Source: Candidatus Latescibacterota bacterium
GTDB taxonomy: Bacteria > Latescibacterota > UBA2968 > UBA8231
DNA length: 64,000 nt
Direction of reading: 5' to 3'
Assembly: GCA_965206595.1 (NCBI GenBank)
Contig: OZ242214.1
Location: 4,800,001-4,864,000, forward strand
The translations under genes were made by a program, and so were the position numbers. The notes below the pieces were generated by a model. That model made no database searches. It worked only from the letters and a program-made list of their open reading frames with translations, and was not told the origin of the DNA. Below are positions 45,830 through 56,774 of the stretch, in pieces; positions within the stretch are counted from its first letter, which is position 1, and each line of letters begins with the position of its first letter.

Positions 45830-47845
45830 CTACACGAATGATCCGCCGATCGGGTTGTTGCCGATCTTGCCGGTGAAGAAGTCGACTACGAGCCAGAAGC
45901 CGGCGACGAAGATCTGCCCCATGATGAGCCCGAGGAAGAAGGGGCGCGCCGCCCTGTAGAGCGTCGTCCCGCCGCTGCGCAGGATGATCGTCTTGGCCGC
46001 CCAGGCCAGGAACACGTTGAACCAGACATTGGTCAGGATGTGGAAGGTGCTTACCGCGAAGCCGAGCGGGTGCAGCGGCCACCAGATGAACCGGATCCGC
46101 GCCCAGATGAGAGCCCCCATGACCACCGCCCCGATGCCGGTGAACATCCAGCCGCTGGCGCTGGCCTCGGTGGGCATGGTCAGCTGGCGGTGCATCATCT
46201 CGCCTACCCATCTGGGGATGGCGACGAACCAGAAGTAGTGGAGGTTCACGCCCCCGTACTCGTAGGAAAGCGTCAGGACGCTCCAGATGCTACCGCAAAG
46301 GGCGAGGAGCACGGCGATGATCCCCGCCCACAGCAGCGGCCGCTTATTCCCGCCGATCTCCCCGGCCATCTTGAGGGCGTTGGCGAAACAGGGCATGAAG
46401 AAGAGACGGAGGTTGGCCGCCCAGACGTAGGTGAGTCCGAGGGCGACCACGCCGGAGGGACCCAGGACGCCGGTCCCCAGGCCGGAGACGACGAAATCCG
46501 CCGGCGTCAGGGGAGTGCGGATGAAGGCGATTCCCCCCTCGACGACGGCGCGGGTGATGGCGACGAAGACGACGAGGGCGGCGAACAGGAACACCGGTAC
46601 CACCCACAGCGGCAGCCCCGACTCCCACAGCCAGGCGCCGACCACGGCGAGGCCGGCGGCGAGGCCGATCGTCGAGGTGCGGCAGGAGAGCAGCTCGCCG
46701 CTGTCGTCGACCGCGGCGCCGCGGCCGCAGGCTTTCGAGACGACCTGCCGGAGGTGCTCGCGCCCCGCCCAGATTCCCGACAGCACGAGGACGATCATCG
46801 CCCCCATCGCCTGGTGGGCGAGGTAGGGGCCGGCGAGGTTGGCGAAGCGGCTCAGGGTTTCCTCGCTCCTGATGTCGAAGAAGGCGAAGACACCGCGCTC
46901 GACGTTGGCGAGGAAGAAGAACAGCCAGACGCTGAGGGCGACGTCGCGGTTCAGGAGGAAGGCGAAACCGAGGAGGCCGAAGTTGAACTGCGCCGTGAGG
47001 GCGGTGCGGTCGACCAGGGTGAACAGGACCCCGTGGCCGCTGAAGGCGCCCATGTGGGGGAATTCGGGAAAGTAGGAGTTCAGCGCGTTCAGGGAGCCGA
47101 TGAAGAAGGGGAGCGCGAAACCGGCCCACATCACCTTGCTGCGGAAGAACGGCTTGAGGAGAGATCCCCGCTCCTTTCCGTCGCCCTCCTCGATCAGGGC
47201 GAGGGGCACCTGGACGAGGGGATACGGCAGCCTCTCGTGCTCCATCCACTGCCTGCGGACGATCACCATCAGACAGATGGAAACCCAGTACACCGCCAGG
47301 ATGAGCAGGCACCACCAGAGGACCGGTTCGATCCACGCACCCCAGGGGACGCCCCCCTCCGGGTCCCCTTCGTAGAACCCCTGAATGGCTTCCTCGTCCG
47401 TCGGGGCGAGCCTGTCGGGCAGGTGGGGGACGAAGCTGTCGCCCCATTTGTTCTCCTGGGTCGCGTAGAAGCGCACCCCGGCGATGATCGGCAGCATGTA
47501 CTCGGAAAAGCCGATCGTCGGGACCGACGTGGCCAGCATCGCCATGATGTAGACCGTGGCGAGCTCGCCTGAACCGAACTCCCAGGAGCGCTTCACCAGG
47601 CCGAGGAGGACGTTGATCACCCCGACGAAGAGGAAGAAGGAGAAGACCGCCGCCGGGGTGTTGAAGTTGTGCCCGAGCAGCCCCCCCTTGATGATCATGT
47701 TGCTGTAGGGAAGGGCCACCCCGATCCCCAGGCTCAGGGCGGCCCCGGCGATCACGGAACGCACCGTGACGCCGCCCCGCTCGCGGCCTGCTCCGTGACG
47801 ATGGAGGAGGTGAGCGGAGTATTCGGAAGGGATTTCCTTTTTCAC
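45830..47845 (-). CDS. DUF6785/DUF6784-type polytopic membrane protein (putative transporter)
   Basis: Many TM segments; RRQWMEHERLPYPLVQVP, WWPLHPLG and PFFLGLIMG motifs. Confidence 0.85.
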   Translation of the reverse strand: MKKEIPSEYSAHLLHRHGAGRERGGVTVRSVIAGAALSLGIGVALPYSNMIIKGGLLGHNFNTPAAVFSFFLFVGVINVLLGLVKRSWEFGSGELATVYIMAMLATSVPTIGFSEYMLPIIAGVRFYATQENKWGDSFVPHLPDRLAPTDEEAIQGFYEGDPEGGVPWGAWIEPVLWWCLLILAVYWVSICLMVIVRRQWMEHERLPYPLVQVPLALIEEGDGKERGSLLKPFFRSKVMWAGFALPFFIGSLNALNSYFPEFPHMGAFSGHGVLFTLVDRTALTAQFNFGLLGFAFLLNRDVALSVWLFFFLANVERGVFAFFDIRSEETLSRFANLAGPYLAHQAMGAMIVLVLSGIWAGREHLRQVVSKACGRGAAVDDSGELLSCRTSTIGLAAGLAVVGAWLWESGLPLWVVPVFLFAALVVFVAITRAVVEGGIAFIRTPLTPADFVVSGLGTGVLGPSGVVALGLTYVWAANLRLFFMPCFANALKMAGEIGGNKRPLLWAGIIAVLLALCGSIWSVLTLSYEYGGVNLHYFWFVAIPRWVGEMMHRQLTMPTEASASGWMFTGIGAVVMGALIWARIRFIWWPLHPLGFAVSTFHILTNVWFNVFLAWAAKTIILRSGGTTLYRAARPFFLGLIMGQIFVAGFWLVVDFFTGKIGNNPIGGSFV

Positions 47846-48146
47846 GTCTCGTGGACGCAGGCGGACCCCGGGTTCCCGGGTCCGGGCCCTTGCGGGCGTC
47901 GGGGGCTCACCTCGGGCCTCGAAGGCAAAGGGGGATGGGGAGGCAGAATTTCACCGACCTCCCTGGAGGCCTCAACCCTCCCGGCATCGAGGCGTGGCGG
48001 ATTCATCCCCTGGCAACCGGCTGTCCCCGGAACAGGCCCGAGGATGGGACAGGAAAAACACAGGAGGGAGCCCGATGGCCCCCTCCCTGAAGACCCTGAT
48101 GTTCGTTCCCCTTACTTCATTGAGTTGTGTTCCCCTGGCGATGCAG

Positions 48147-49112
48147 CTACTCCATCAAGGTTCCCGTGTAGGAAAGCCCGACCGTCCAGGTCGGCCCGGC
48201 GAAATACCGGTTGCCGCTGGCGGTCATGCGCGACGAGGCCTCGATACTCAGGTCGGGATTGAGATCGACCAGCACCGTCGGCGCCAGGTAGGTGACGCTC
48301 TGGCTGAGCGTCTCCTGTTCTCCCGGGTTGCTCAGGGCATCGTACTCCGCTCCCGAGAGGCCTTCGAACTTGAGGGCGACGAGGAGCCTGTCCATCGGGC
48401 TGTACCCTGCCTCGGCGTTGAAAACAAACTCGGGGCCGGGAGTATAGCTGCGGTCCGGCTCGACGCCGTCGGTGTCCTCGTATTCACCGCGCATCCGATA
48501 CCCCAGGTCGACATTTGCGTACACAGGTGTTGGCCAGAAAGAGCGGCCGATCTGCCCGACCACCTCGAAATCCCATTGACCATCGGTTACGGAAAGAGCC
48601 TCGGGCACCGGGCGATACTCACCAATGGGGGTCTTGAATCCCAGTTTCAGCGTGCCGACGAGCTGGGATCGGTCCAGGAGCTTGATCTTGGCGAATCCGC
48701 GCAGGTCGGACAGACCGGATTCCGTTTCCAGGGCAGGGGGCGGAGTCGCCACATCGTTGCCTTCGTCCTTGTCGACGAACTTGTTGCTGACCAACGGGAC
48801 CTGCAGGCCGAGATCGATCCCGTCCTTGACGCCGTAAAACAGGTCGAAATAGACCTGCCGGGTCTGATAGCGGGCATCCAAGGGCATTTTAACCGCACTT
48901 CCCTCACCGTCGTAGTGTTCGTCGGTCGTCTGCGACAGGAAGGTGACTTTGCTCCACAGGTTCCCCTTTCCAAGCGTCCAGGCTCCCGCATCGGCGGTCC
49001 TTGGCAGAAGAGCAGCACCGAGGGCCACGACGAGAAAGGGGATCAGGTGGTTTGTGAGTTTCCGGTGCAGAAACTTCAGGCCCCGGTTCGAGATGGGGGT
49101 GGAAGGGTGCAT
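48147..49112 (-). CDS. Exported protein, probable outer-membrane beta-barrel
   Basis: Signal peptide ending in ADA, then AWTLGKG, GLSD and alternating beta strands ending VGLSY. Start uncertain. Confidence 0.7.
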   Translation of the reverse strand: MHPSTPISNRGLKFLHRKLTNHLIPFLVVALGAALLPRTADAGAWTLGKGNLWSKVTFLSQTTDEHYDGEGSAVKMPLDARYQTRQVYFDLFYGVKDGIDLGLQVPLVSNKFVDKDEGNDVATPPPALETESGLSDLRGFAKIKLLDRSQLVGTLKLGFKTPIGEYRPVPEALSVTDGQWDFEVVGQIGRSFWPTPVYANVDLGYRMRGEYEDTDGVEPDRSYTPGPEFVFNAEAGYSPMDRLLVALKFEGLSGAEYDALSNPGEQETLSQSVTYLAPTVLVDLNPDLSIEASSRMTASGNRYFAGPTWTVGLSYTGTLME

Positions 49113-49334
49113 GTACGTACTCTGCTTTCTGAAATAGTCCTCCAATATGGAGGACAAGATTGTGAAATGGCAGTTTCCTGCCGCTTTGCCCTCCCGCGGG
49201 CAGTGTCATTTAACATAAGGCGGGGTAAATAGTTCTCAAGGTTCCGATACATCGCTCCAGGTGGAGAATCTTCCTTTAGTTTGAACAGCAGGACAGCCCG
49301 GTACCCGGCCCGGAGCACAGGCAAGGGAATGCCA

Positions 49335-49754
49335 ATGCCCGAACGCACCTTCGAAGAGAACGTCTACACCCGCCTCGGGGCGAGGCCGCTCATCAACGCC
49401 AACATCCCGTTCACCTTCCTCGGCGGTACGACCGTGCGGCCCGAGGTTCGCCGCGGCAGCAACCGCTTCCTGCAGATGGTCGTGCGCTGGGACGAGGAGG
49501 CGTTCGCGTTGACCGCGGACGAGTGCGCGCGCCAGCTGCGCGAGGGGGACCCGCCGATATCGGTGCTTTCGAACTACAACCCGTACGTGACGCGGGTTCG
49601 CGAGTTCTTTCCTCCCGGCGCCGCCAGGGAGCGAAAGGGCAGCCCCCTGACCGTGTACGCCCTCAGCCTAAAGCCGGACGAGGAGCCGATCGTCGGCGAG
49701 CGGCTGCGCGGCCTGCTGCAGTCGGCGCGAACGAAAGGGCCGGGGAATGGCTAG
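49335..49754 (+). pseudogene. SelA/DgaE-like PLP enzyme with a large in-frame internal deletion
   Basis: The N-terminal VYTRLGARPLINA...TFLGGT.VRPEV is joined directly to the C-terminal LREGDPPI...LKPDEEPIVGERL. The PLP core is absent. Confidence 0.7.
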
Positions 49755-51393
49755 GCTTTCGGCGGCGCGGGCGCTGATCGAGTCGCTGCGGGCCCACGGG
49801 GTGGACACGATCTTCGGGATCATCTCCAGCCACACCATGGAGATCTTCGACGCCCTCTACGACTACCGGCAGGAGATCCGCTTCATCAGCGCCCGCCACG
49901 AGCACGCCGCGGCGATGATGGCGGACGGGTACGCCCGTGCCACCGGAAAGCCGGGGGTCTGTCTGACCAGCACCGGTCCGGGAGCGGCCAACTCCATGGG
50001 CGGCCTGGGGGAGGCGTACTTCGCCTCCTCCCCCGTGCTGAGCGTAACGAGCACTGCCGAAGAAGAGCTGTACGAGCGCGGGTTGGGCACGATCCACGAG
50101 ACCAGGGACCAGCTCGGGATGCTCTCGTCGGTCACCCGGATCGCCTTTCACGTCAACCGCCCCGGGGAGGTGCCGGCGCGGATCGGCGCGGCTTTCGAGC
50201 TGTTCGCAGGGGCGCGGCCGCGGCCGGTCGCCATCGAGATCCCGGTCGACGTCCAGGGACAGGAGGCCGAGGTCGAAATCCCCGAGGCGGCAGAGGTGCC
50301 AGCTCCGGCGGCCGACACGGCCCAGGTCGAAAAAGCCGCTGCCCTGCTGCTGGCAGGCGGACGCGCCGGGGTGCTTGCGGGCACCGGGGTGCACCGCTCC
50401 GGGGCGGCGGCGGAGCTGCGGCGCCTGGTGGAGAGGCTGGGGCTTCCGGTGTTCACCACCGCCAACGGCAAAGGGTCGATCCCGGAAGACCATCCCCTGA
50501 GCCTCGGTATGTACGGCGGCGAGTACGACTTCCCGCCGGGCGGCCACGAGGATCCGCGGCAGACCTTCGCCAACTCCCTCGATACGCTCCTCGCCGTCGG
50601 CTCGAGCCTGTCCTGGTTCCGGGTGAAGTCGCAGGGGCTCGAGCAGCCGGCCAACCTGATCCACCTCGACATCGATGCCGAGCCGATGGGGAAGTGGTAC
50701 GACACCTCTGTGAGGTTGGTCGGTGACGCGGGAACGGTGCTCCGGCAGCTCTACGACGCAATCGCCGCCCATTCACCGCGGCCGAACCCCGGGTTCGCCA
50801 GCGAGGTCGAGCGGGTCAGGGACGCGATCAGGGAGTTCAAGGGGCGGACCATGCCGTGCGAAACCCGCATCATGGCGACCGTCCGCGCCGCCGCGGCCAG
50901 GGACGCGATCTTCAGCGGCGACGTCGGCATCTGCAACCACCGCGGCGCCAACTACTGTCTCGACGCCCTCGGCCAGCGGAGCTACATGACGCCGGCCTGG
51001 GGAGGCCTGGGTTTCGGGCTGCCCGCCGCTATCGGCGCCAAGGCGGGGGCCCCGGACCGCCAGGTCATCTGCATCACCGGGGACGGCGGCTTCCAGTTCA
51101 ACATCCAGGAGCTGGGAACCTGCGTTCAGTACGGCCTCGATCCGGTGATCTTGCTGTTCAACGACAACGCCTGGGGACTGCTGCGCCAGTACCAACAGGC
51201 CCGTGACGGACGATACATCGCCAGCGACCTGCGCAACCCGGACTTTCCCGGGCTGGCCGAAGCCTACGGCGCCCGCGGCCTGCGGGTAGGCTCGCTTGCC
51301 GAGCTGGGAGCGGCGCTCGAAACCGCCCTTCATTCCGGGGTAGTCACCGTCGTCGAGGTGCGGACCCCGGACGGCTTCGCCAACTTCGGGTAG
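49747..51393 (+). CDS. Thiamine diphosphate-dependent enzyme (acetolactate synthase-like)
   Basis: RHEHAAAMMADGYARATG, TGPG and GDGGFQF...NDNAWG motifs. Confidence 0.93.
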   Translation: MARLSAARALIESLRAHGVDTIFGIISSHTMEIFDALYDYRQEIRFISARHEHAAAMMADGYARATGKPGVCLTSTGPGAANSMGGLGEAYFASSPVLSVTSTAEEELYERGLGTIHETRDQLGMLSSVTRIAFHVNRPGEVPARIGAAFELFAGARPRPVAIEIPVDVQGQEAEVEIPEAAEVPAPAADTAQVEKAAALLLAGGRAGVLAGTGVHRSGAAAELRRLVERLGLPVFTTANGKGSIPEDHPLSLGMYGGEYDFPPGGHEDPRQTFANSLDTLLAVGSSLSWFRVKSQGLEQPANLIHLDIDAEPMGKWYDTSVRLVGDAGTVLRQLYDAIAAHSPRPNPGFASEVERVRDAIREFKGRTMPCETRIMATVRAAAARDAIFSGDVGICNHRGANYCLDALGQRSYMTPAWGGLGFGLPAAIGAKAGAPDRQVICITGDGGFQFNIQELGTCVQYGLDPVILLFNDNAWGLLRQYQQARDGRYIASDLRNPDFPGLAEAYGARGLRVGSLAELGAALETALHSGVVTVVEVRTPDGFANFG

Positions 51394-51480
51394 GCTGCCT
51401 GCGGGAAAACGGCCCGGGGGAGGCGCGCGGCTCCTGGTTGAAAGGCAGCGCCGGCAACTGCGCCGGAGATTGCCCGAGGC

Positions 51481-53157
51481 CTAGGTCACCGCCAGAGGCG
51501 CCATCGCATCGATGTCCGAGACGGCATCGATGATGACGGGGCGCCTGGCGGCAAAGGCGCGCTCGAGGGCACCGGGCAGCTCCGCGGGTTTTTCCACCCG
51601 GATACCCACGGCGCCCATGTTTTCGGCGATTGCCGCGAAGGCGACGTCCGTGAACTGCCACAGGCGCAGCCCCTCCTCGGTCTGCTCGCCATCGTAAACC
51701 CGGTCGAAGCCGCGCTTCGACTGGTTGCCGGAGCTGTTGTTGTTCACCAGGATGACGGCGTCGATGCCCCAGCGCGCCGCGGTCTCGACCTCGGCGATGT
51801 GGTACCAGAAACCGGCGTCGCCGATAAAGCAGAACACCGGCCGTTCGGGAGCCCCGCACTTTGCCCCGAGCGCCGCCGGGAAGGCCCATCCCAGATGCCC
51901 GGCGCTGCGCATGTAGCTCTGGCCCGGAGTGCGCAGATCGAACATGCCGCCCATCCACATGCCGCCGTGCCCGGTGTCGGCGACGACGATGGCATCCCCC
52001 GGCAGGTGGTCGGTCAGCTCCTTGCAGATCCGTTCGGGCCGCATCGGGACGGCGTCCGATGCGAGCAGGCCGCCGTACCTGGCGCGCCACTCGCCGACGA
52101 TTGCCCCGGCGCGCTCGACCCAGGCGGTCCGTTGCGCCGCCGAGTGGGAGTCCGCCAGCGCCAGCATCCGGGTCAGGGCCGCCTTTGCATCGGCCTGAAC
52201 CGCGGCCTGCAGAGGGTAGTTGCGGCCGATGATCTGCGCTTCGATGTCGATGTGGATCGCCGGCACTCCGGGCGGCGGAACCTGCCAGAAGTGGGTGGTC
52301 ATGCCGCCTGCGGTGGTTCCGATGAAACAGACCAGATCCGCCTGGTTGACCACCTGGTTGGCGCATTCCCGCGAATAGGTGCCTACCACTCCGACGGACA
52401 GGGGGTGGAATCCGGGTATGACGTCCTTGCCGTTCAGAGAAGTGGCGACCGGGATGTTGAGGGATTCTGCCAGGGCAACCAGTTCGGCGGCTGCCCCCGA
52501 TGCGCGCACTCCGCCGCCGGCGACGATGACGGGCCGCTGCGCCGCTTCCAACAGCGCCAGCGCAGCTCGGGCCTCCTCATCGCCAGGCTCGGGCCGGAAC
52601 GGCGGCAGTTGCGCGAAATTCGGTTCGCACAGCGTCTCCATGTCTGCCTGCTCGGCGTCGATCTGGCCCTCGTTTCCCCGGAATTGCAGGTGCACCGGAC
52701 CGGGCGTGCCGGAGGTGGCGGCGCGAAACGCCTGGCGGATCATGTCGGGAAAGCGCTCCACGCCGTCGACGGTGGCGTTGAATTTGGTCACCGGCTCGAA
52801 AGCGGGGAGGTCGTCGACCTCCTGGTACACACCGCGAAACTTGGTGTGCGGATCGCGGCCGCCGGTCATGGCGATCACCGGAGAGTGGGCGAGGTGCGCG
52901 TCCCGCAGGCCGGCTGCGAGATTGAGGGCGCCGATCACCTGGGCCATGCAGACCCCCGGACGCCTGGTGGCGCGGGCGTAGCCATCGGCCATGTAGGCAG
53001 CCGACTTCTCCGAGTGGACGTGCAGACGCTTGATGCCGGTGCGGCGCTCCAGTTCGACCATGGTCCGCCGCAGCACCGCGGGCACCATGAACAGATGGCT
53101 GAGGCCGTACCCTTTCAGCATGTCGGCCATGACCTGGGCGCCGGTCATCGTGGGCAT
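51481..53157 (-). CDS. Thiamine diphosphate-dependent enzyme (acetolactate synthase-like)
   Basis: HSEKSAAYMADGYARA, GHLGWAFPAALG and GDAGF...NNN motifs. Confidence 0.93.
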   Translation of the reverse strand: MPTMTGAQVMADMLKGYGLSHLFMVPAVLRRTMVELERRTGIKRLHVHSEKSAAYMADGYARATRRPGVCMAQVIGALNLAAGLRDAHLAHSPVIAMTGGRDPHTKFRGVYQEVDDLPAFEPVTKFNATVDGVERFPDMIRQAFRAATSGTPGPVHLQFRGNEGQIDAEQADMETLCEPNFAQLPPFRPEPGDEEARAALALLEAAQRPVIVAGGGVRASGAAAELVALAESLNIPVATSLNGKDVIPGFHPLSVGVVGTYSRECANQVVNQADLVCFIGTTAGGMTTHFWQVPPPGVPAIHIDIEAQIIGRNYPLQAAVQADAKAALTRMLALADSHSAAQRTAWVERAGAIVGEWRARYGGLLASDAVPMRPERICKELTDHLPGDAIVVADTGHGGMWMGGMFDLRTPGQSYMRSAGHLGWAFPAALGAKCGAPERPVFCFIGDAGFWYHIAEVETAARWGIDAVILVNNNSSGNQSKRGFDRVYDGEQTEEGLRLWQFTDVAFAAIAENMGAVGIRVEKPAELPGALERAFAARRPVIIDAVSDIDAMAPLAVT

Positions 53158-53263
53158 TCGATTCTCTCCGCTGATGTGCCTTCCTGCTGAATTCGGGGCG
53201 GCTTGTCCGCAAGGCATCGAGGTCGCTGTTTTGGGGCCGCGACAACAGAGGAGGATAGACAGG

Positions 53264-54199
53264 ATGGGGCAATGGATACAGCGACAGCCGATGCCGACGC
53301 CGCGGCACGACCTGCAGGCGATCACCGTCGGCTCGAAGATCTACGCGGTCTCCGGCGCCGGGGACGATACCGTACACGCCGTCGAGATCTACGACCCGCA
53401 AAGCGACAGCTGGGAAAACGGCCCGCCGATTCCGACGGCGCGGGGGTGGTTCGGCGCCGGACTGGTGAACGGCGCCATCTACGCGATCGGCGGCAAGCGG
53501 GTGCGCCCCGACGAGGAGAAGCGGCGAACCGGGGACGAGCGCCACTTCGAGATCCGCGACAGCGTCGAGCGCCTAGATCTGGCCGCCGGCACCTGGTCCG
53601 CGGTCGAATCCCTGAGCGAGCCGCGGGCAGGCCTGGTCGCCACCGTCTGCAGCGGCAGGATCTACGCCGTCGGCGGCAACTCCATGAACAACGAGAGCGG
53701 CAGCGGCGGCGCCCATCTCGACCGCGTCGAGGTGTTCGATGCGGACACCGGCCACTGGTCGCCGGGGGTCCCCCTGCCGCTGGGTCTGCAGGGTCCCGCG
53801 GTCGCCACCGTCGGCGGCCGCATCTACGTCAGCGCCGGCATCGGCGGACCGGAAGGGGGCGTGAACAGGCGAACGTTCGCGCTCGATCCCGACGGCGGCC
53901 GATGGGAGGAACTGGCCCCGATTCCGACCGGCCGCTACGATCCGGGGGTGCTCGCCGTCGGCCGCAGGATCTACACCTTCGGGGGCTGGGGCGGAGACGA
54001 CGGGCCCTACCACGCCAGGGTCGAGATCTACGACGTCGACGCCGATTCCTGGTCTGTCGAAACCCCCATGCCGGACAGGAAGGCCTGGATGGCGTCCGCC
54101 CTGGTGGACGGACGCATCTTCGTGATAGGAGGGGGGTACAAGCTCGCCGACGCCCCGGGGTACCGCTGGATAGAGGACCTGCACGAACTGGTGCCGTAG
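53264..54199 (+). CDS. Kelch-repeat protein
   Basis: Six IY(A/V/T)xGG...VE(I/V)(Y/F)D..W-type repeats. Confidence 0.92.
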   Translation: MGQWIQRQPMPTPRHDLQAITVGSKIYAVSGAGDDTVHAVEIYDPQSDSWENGPPIPTARGWFGAGLVNGAIYAIGGKRVRPDEEKRRTGDERHFEIRDSVERLDLAAGTWSAVESLSEPRAGLVATVCSGRIYAVGGNSMNNESGSGGAHLDRVEVFDADTGHWSPGVPLPLGLQGPAVATVGGRIYVSAGIGGPEGGVNRRTFALDPDGGRWEELAPIPTGRYDPGVLAVGRRIYTFGGWGGDDGPYHARVEIYDVDADSWSVETPMPDRKAWMASALVDGRIFVIGGGYKLADAPGYRWIEDLHELVP

Positions 54200-54760
54200 G
54201 CAGGACGTCAGAGGGATTTGGGCACGGTCGCTGCCGGCTGCTGGCGTCCCGCCCATTGCCGCGGCGCTTACCCGGGTTGCCTCGGGACCGCTCCTCCTTT
54301 GGCGGGCGGGATTTCCGCCCCGAAGAATGACCAGTGAGCAAACCCTTGGAGGCGCTTGCCTCACCCGGCCGAAACTGCTCGTACGGAGCCTGCACCTCCA
54401 TCTTCGGTAGCGGCGGAACCAGCCCGCCCTGCTTTACGGGGTAGATTCCTGGAAGCGCCCTACCCCGGCTTTGCCCGGACTCCCCGCATTTCCGCGCACC
54501 TGGGCTCTCCCCCGGGTCCCCCGGCGGGATCAGGTTACGGAAGGGCCGGACGGTCGGGCTGCCGGTGCAAGCCGGTCACTCCCGGCAAGCCAAGTTTGCC
54601 TCGTCCCCGGGCTCCCAGTGTCCTGTCCCGGAAATGGATTGCAAAAATTCGGCCCACCGAGGCACCCGGCTCGCAAGCCCTGAGCGAGTCGTACCGGGGA
54701 ACCAGCATGGTGCTGTCAAGAAGCTGAATCCGGCGGCGCTCCCCATTTCTCCGGCAGGAC

Positions 54761-55340
54761 TCAAGAGGACGGATCCCCGGGGTGGAACCACTGCTCCCAG
54801 GTCGGGGCCAGGTACCCGGGTACGCCGTGCAGCTCGACGTCGGGGTCAATCTGCACGGTACGCCGGTTGCCGGCGCCCTGACCGAGAAGCCGGGTGGAGC
54901 TGCCGGCCGACAGCTTCAGGAACCAGACCTTTCCTCCGAGGCCGTCCGGAACAGGCACCGTCACCTCCCGCGGGGCGCCCCCCTGTGCGTACAGCACCTG
55001 GACGATCCGGTCCGGGGCGTTGATCTCGACCTGGAGCGCGTGGTTGGGGTCGGCGAGCTCGACGCGCACAAGGAACTCCTCCGTCCCCTCGGGAACGCCG
55101 AAGAACCAGTGCCGTCCCAGGGCGAGCATCAGCGAGAACCGGGCTCCGCCGTCGGCAGTGGGTGCGCCGGCCAGCACCGTCGGCATGCTCGGCTCGCTCC
55201 ACCCGTACCGGCGCGGCGAGTCGACCTCGACCTCGTAGACGCCGGCGCCGGCCGCAGGCACCCTGATCGAAGCCGGCTCCGGCGGCGACCGGTGGGTGAA
55301 CGACCCCTCCGCTTCCCCGAGCTCTTCATCTTGCGGCCCC
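54761..55340 (-). pseudogene. C-terminal fragment of a hypothetical protein
   Basis: Protein-like frame (HWFFGVPEGTEEF...GVPGYLAPTWEQWF) with no convincing start of its own. Confidence 0.45.
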
Positions 55341-55380
55341 CTCGCCCGGAACGCAAGCGATTTCCCGGGTCGGCAAGGGG

Positions 55381-56250
55381 TTACTCCTCTATCCATTTGG
55401 GCACGTCCCACGAGTTGAACCATTCCCATGCCCACTTCACCTTCTTCAAAGGCATCTCGACCTCGTACTGCACCGGTGCGGTGAACGGCAGCATGGTGGA
55501 CCTGCCGCCGATCTGTTCGCGGAGATCTTCGAGGAAGGCGTTGACGTCGGTGAGGTTGGGCGGCCAGTGGCCCACGGGGATCGGCTCGGTCTCGCGGTCC
55601 GTGCGGTAGTGGGTGGGCACCACGAAGCGGGGCTGCACCGCTTCGACCAGGGGTCCGATCGGGGTCTTCATGTGCACGAGATAGTCGACCCGTCCCCGCA
55701 TCCGCTCGAGGGCGGGATAGTCCCCGTGCAGGTCGCCGGTGTGGAACACGGAGACGTCCCGCTCCGCGTGCACCACGTGGTAAGCGCAGGTGGGCAGGTC
55801 GGGCCGCGCGTTCTCGCCGCTTTCGTACACCTCTACCTGCAGCGGGCCGAGATCGAACTCGAACGGTCCGGGGAATTCGCGGCGGCCGTTCTTCTTCTCG
55901 TCCTGGTATTTCGGGTAGGCCACTTGCACCTTGTCGGCGGGAATGTGCTTGGTGATCGGCAGGTCGCGATCGAAGGCGGCGTATCCGTACTTCGCGTGCA
56001 CCGGCACGTTCGGCGTCAGGCAGCCGATCGGCACGAACAGCTTCTTGAAGCGGTCCCCCCGGCACAGCTTCTTCAGCGTCTTCGGATGGGCGTGGTCGAA
56101 GTGCTCGTGACTGATGAAGATGTAGTCGAAGATCGGCTCGGCCGCTTCGAGGTCGTCGCCGAACAGGTAGGGATCGAAGCAGATGTTGACATCCCCCATC
56201 AGCACATCGAAGTGGCCGCACCCGGCCCATCGCAGATAGATGTTGTCCAT
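55381..56250 (-). CDS. MBL-fold metallo-hydrolase (UlaG-like)
   Basis: DPYL, ISHEHFDH, HTGD and PTHY motifs; GGAG RBS. Confidence 0.9.
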   Translation of the reverse strand: MDNIYLRWAGCGHFDVLMGDVNICFDPYLFGDDLEAAEPIFDYIFISHEHFDHAHPKTLKKLCRGDRFKKLFVPIGCLTPNVPVHAKYGYAAFDRDLPITKHIPADKVQVAYPKYQDEKKNGRREFPGPFEFDLGPLQVEVYESGENARPDLPTCAYHVVHAERDVSVFHTGDLHGDYPALERMRGRVDYLVHMKTPIGPLVEAVQPRFVVPTHYRTDRETEPIPVGHWPPNLTDVNAFLEDLREQIGGRSTMLPFTAPVQYEVEMPLKKVKWAWEWFNSWDVPKWIEE

Positions 56251-56380
56251 CGGTTCTCCTCGTCTGGTAACCGGTTGCCGCGGAACGAAAGGTCGCCGCG
56301 GTCCGCGCAGACCCGCACGGGAAGCGGGAAGATGTAAGGGGCCGCGCGCGCGTCAAGCATGCGGCCGGCGTTTCCTGTGG

Positions 56381-56735
56381 TCAGCGGACGCCGCCGCTCC
56401 GGCCGGCTTCCAGGCGGGCGGAGGCCTCCCGGAAGGAGCGGGCGCGGCCCGGAAAGCGCTCGACCGCATCTTCCAGAACCTCGCGGGCGCGATCAGGCTG
56501 CCCTGCCATCATCAGGGCCCGCAGCAAGCCGCCGTAAGGGTGATGGGCGTCCGGCGCCGCCTGCACCGCCCTGCGGTAGGCCCCGGCCAGGTCCATCCAG
56601 GGTTCGAGCCGCCCGGGAGCGCCGCGAGCCACGCGGAAGATCGGCAGCCCCCCGCGCGGGTCCCCGCCGCGGACCTCAGCGTGCCGAGGTTGAGCCAGGC
56701 CTGCCAGTGGGTGGAGTCGAGCTGGACCGCCCGCG
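56381..56735 (-). pseudogene. TPR-protein remnant
   Basis: RAVQLDSTHWQAWLNLG and AYRRAVQAAPDAHHPY segments in broken frames. Confidence 0.5.
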
Positions 56736-56774
56736 GGTCAGGGCTTGGCGGGCTTCCCGGAGACGCCCCTGCCG

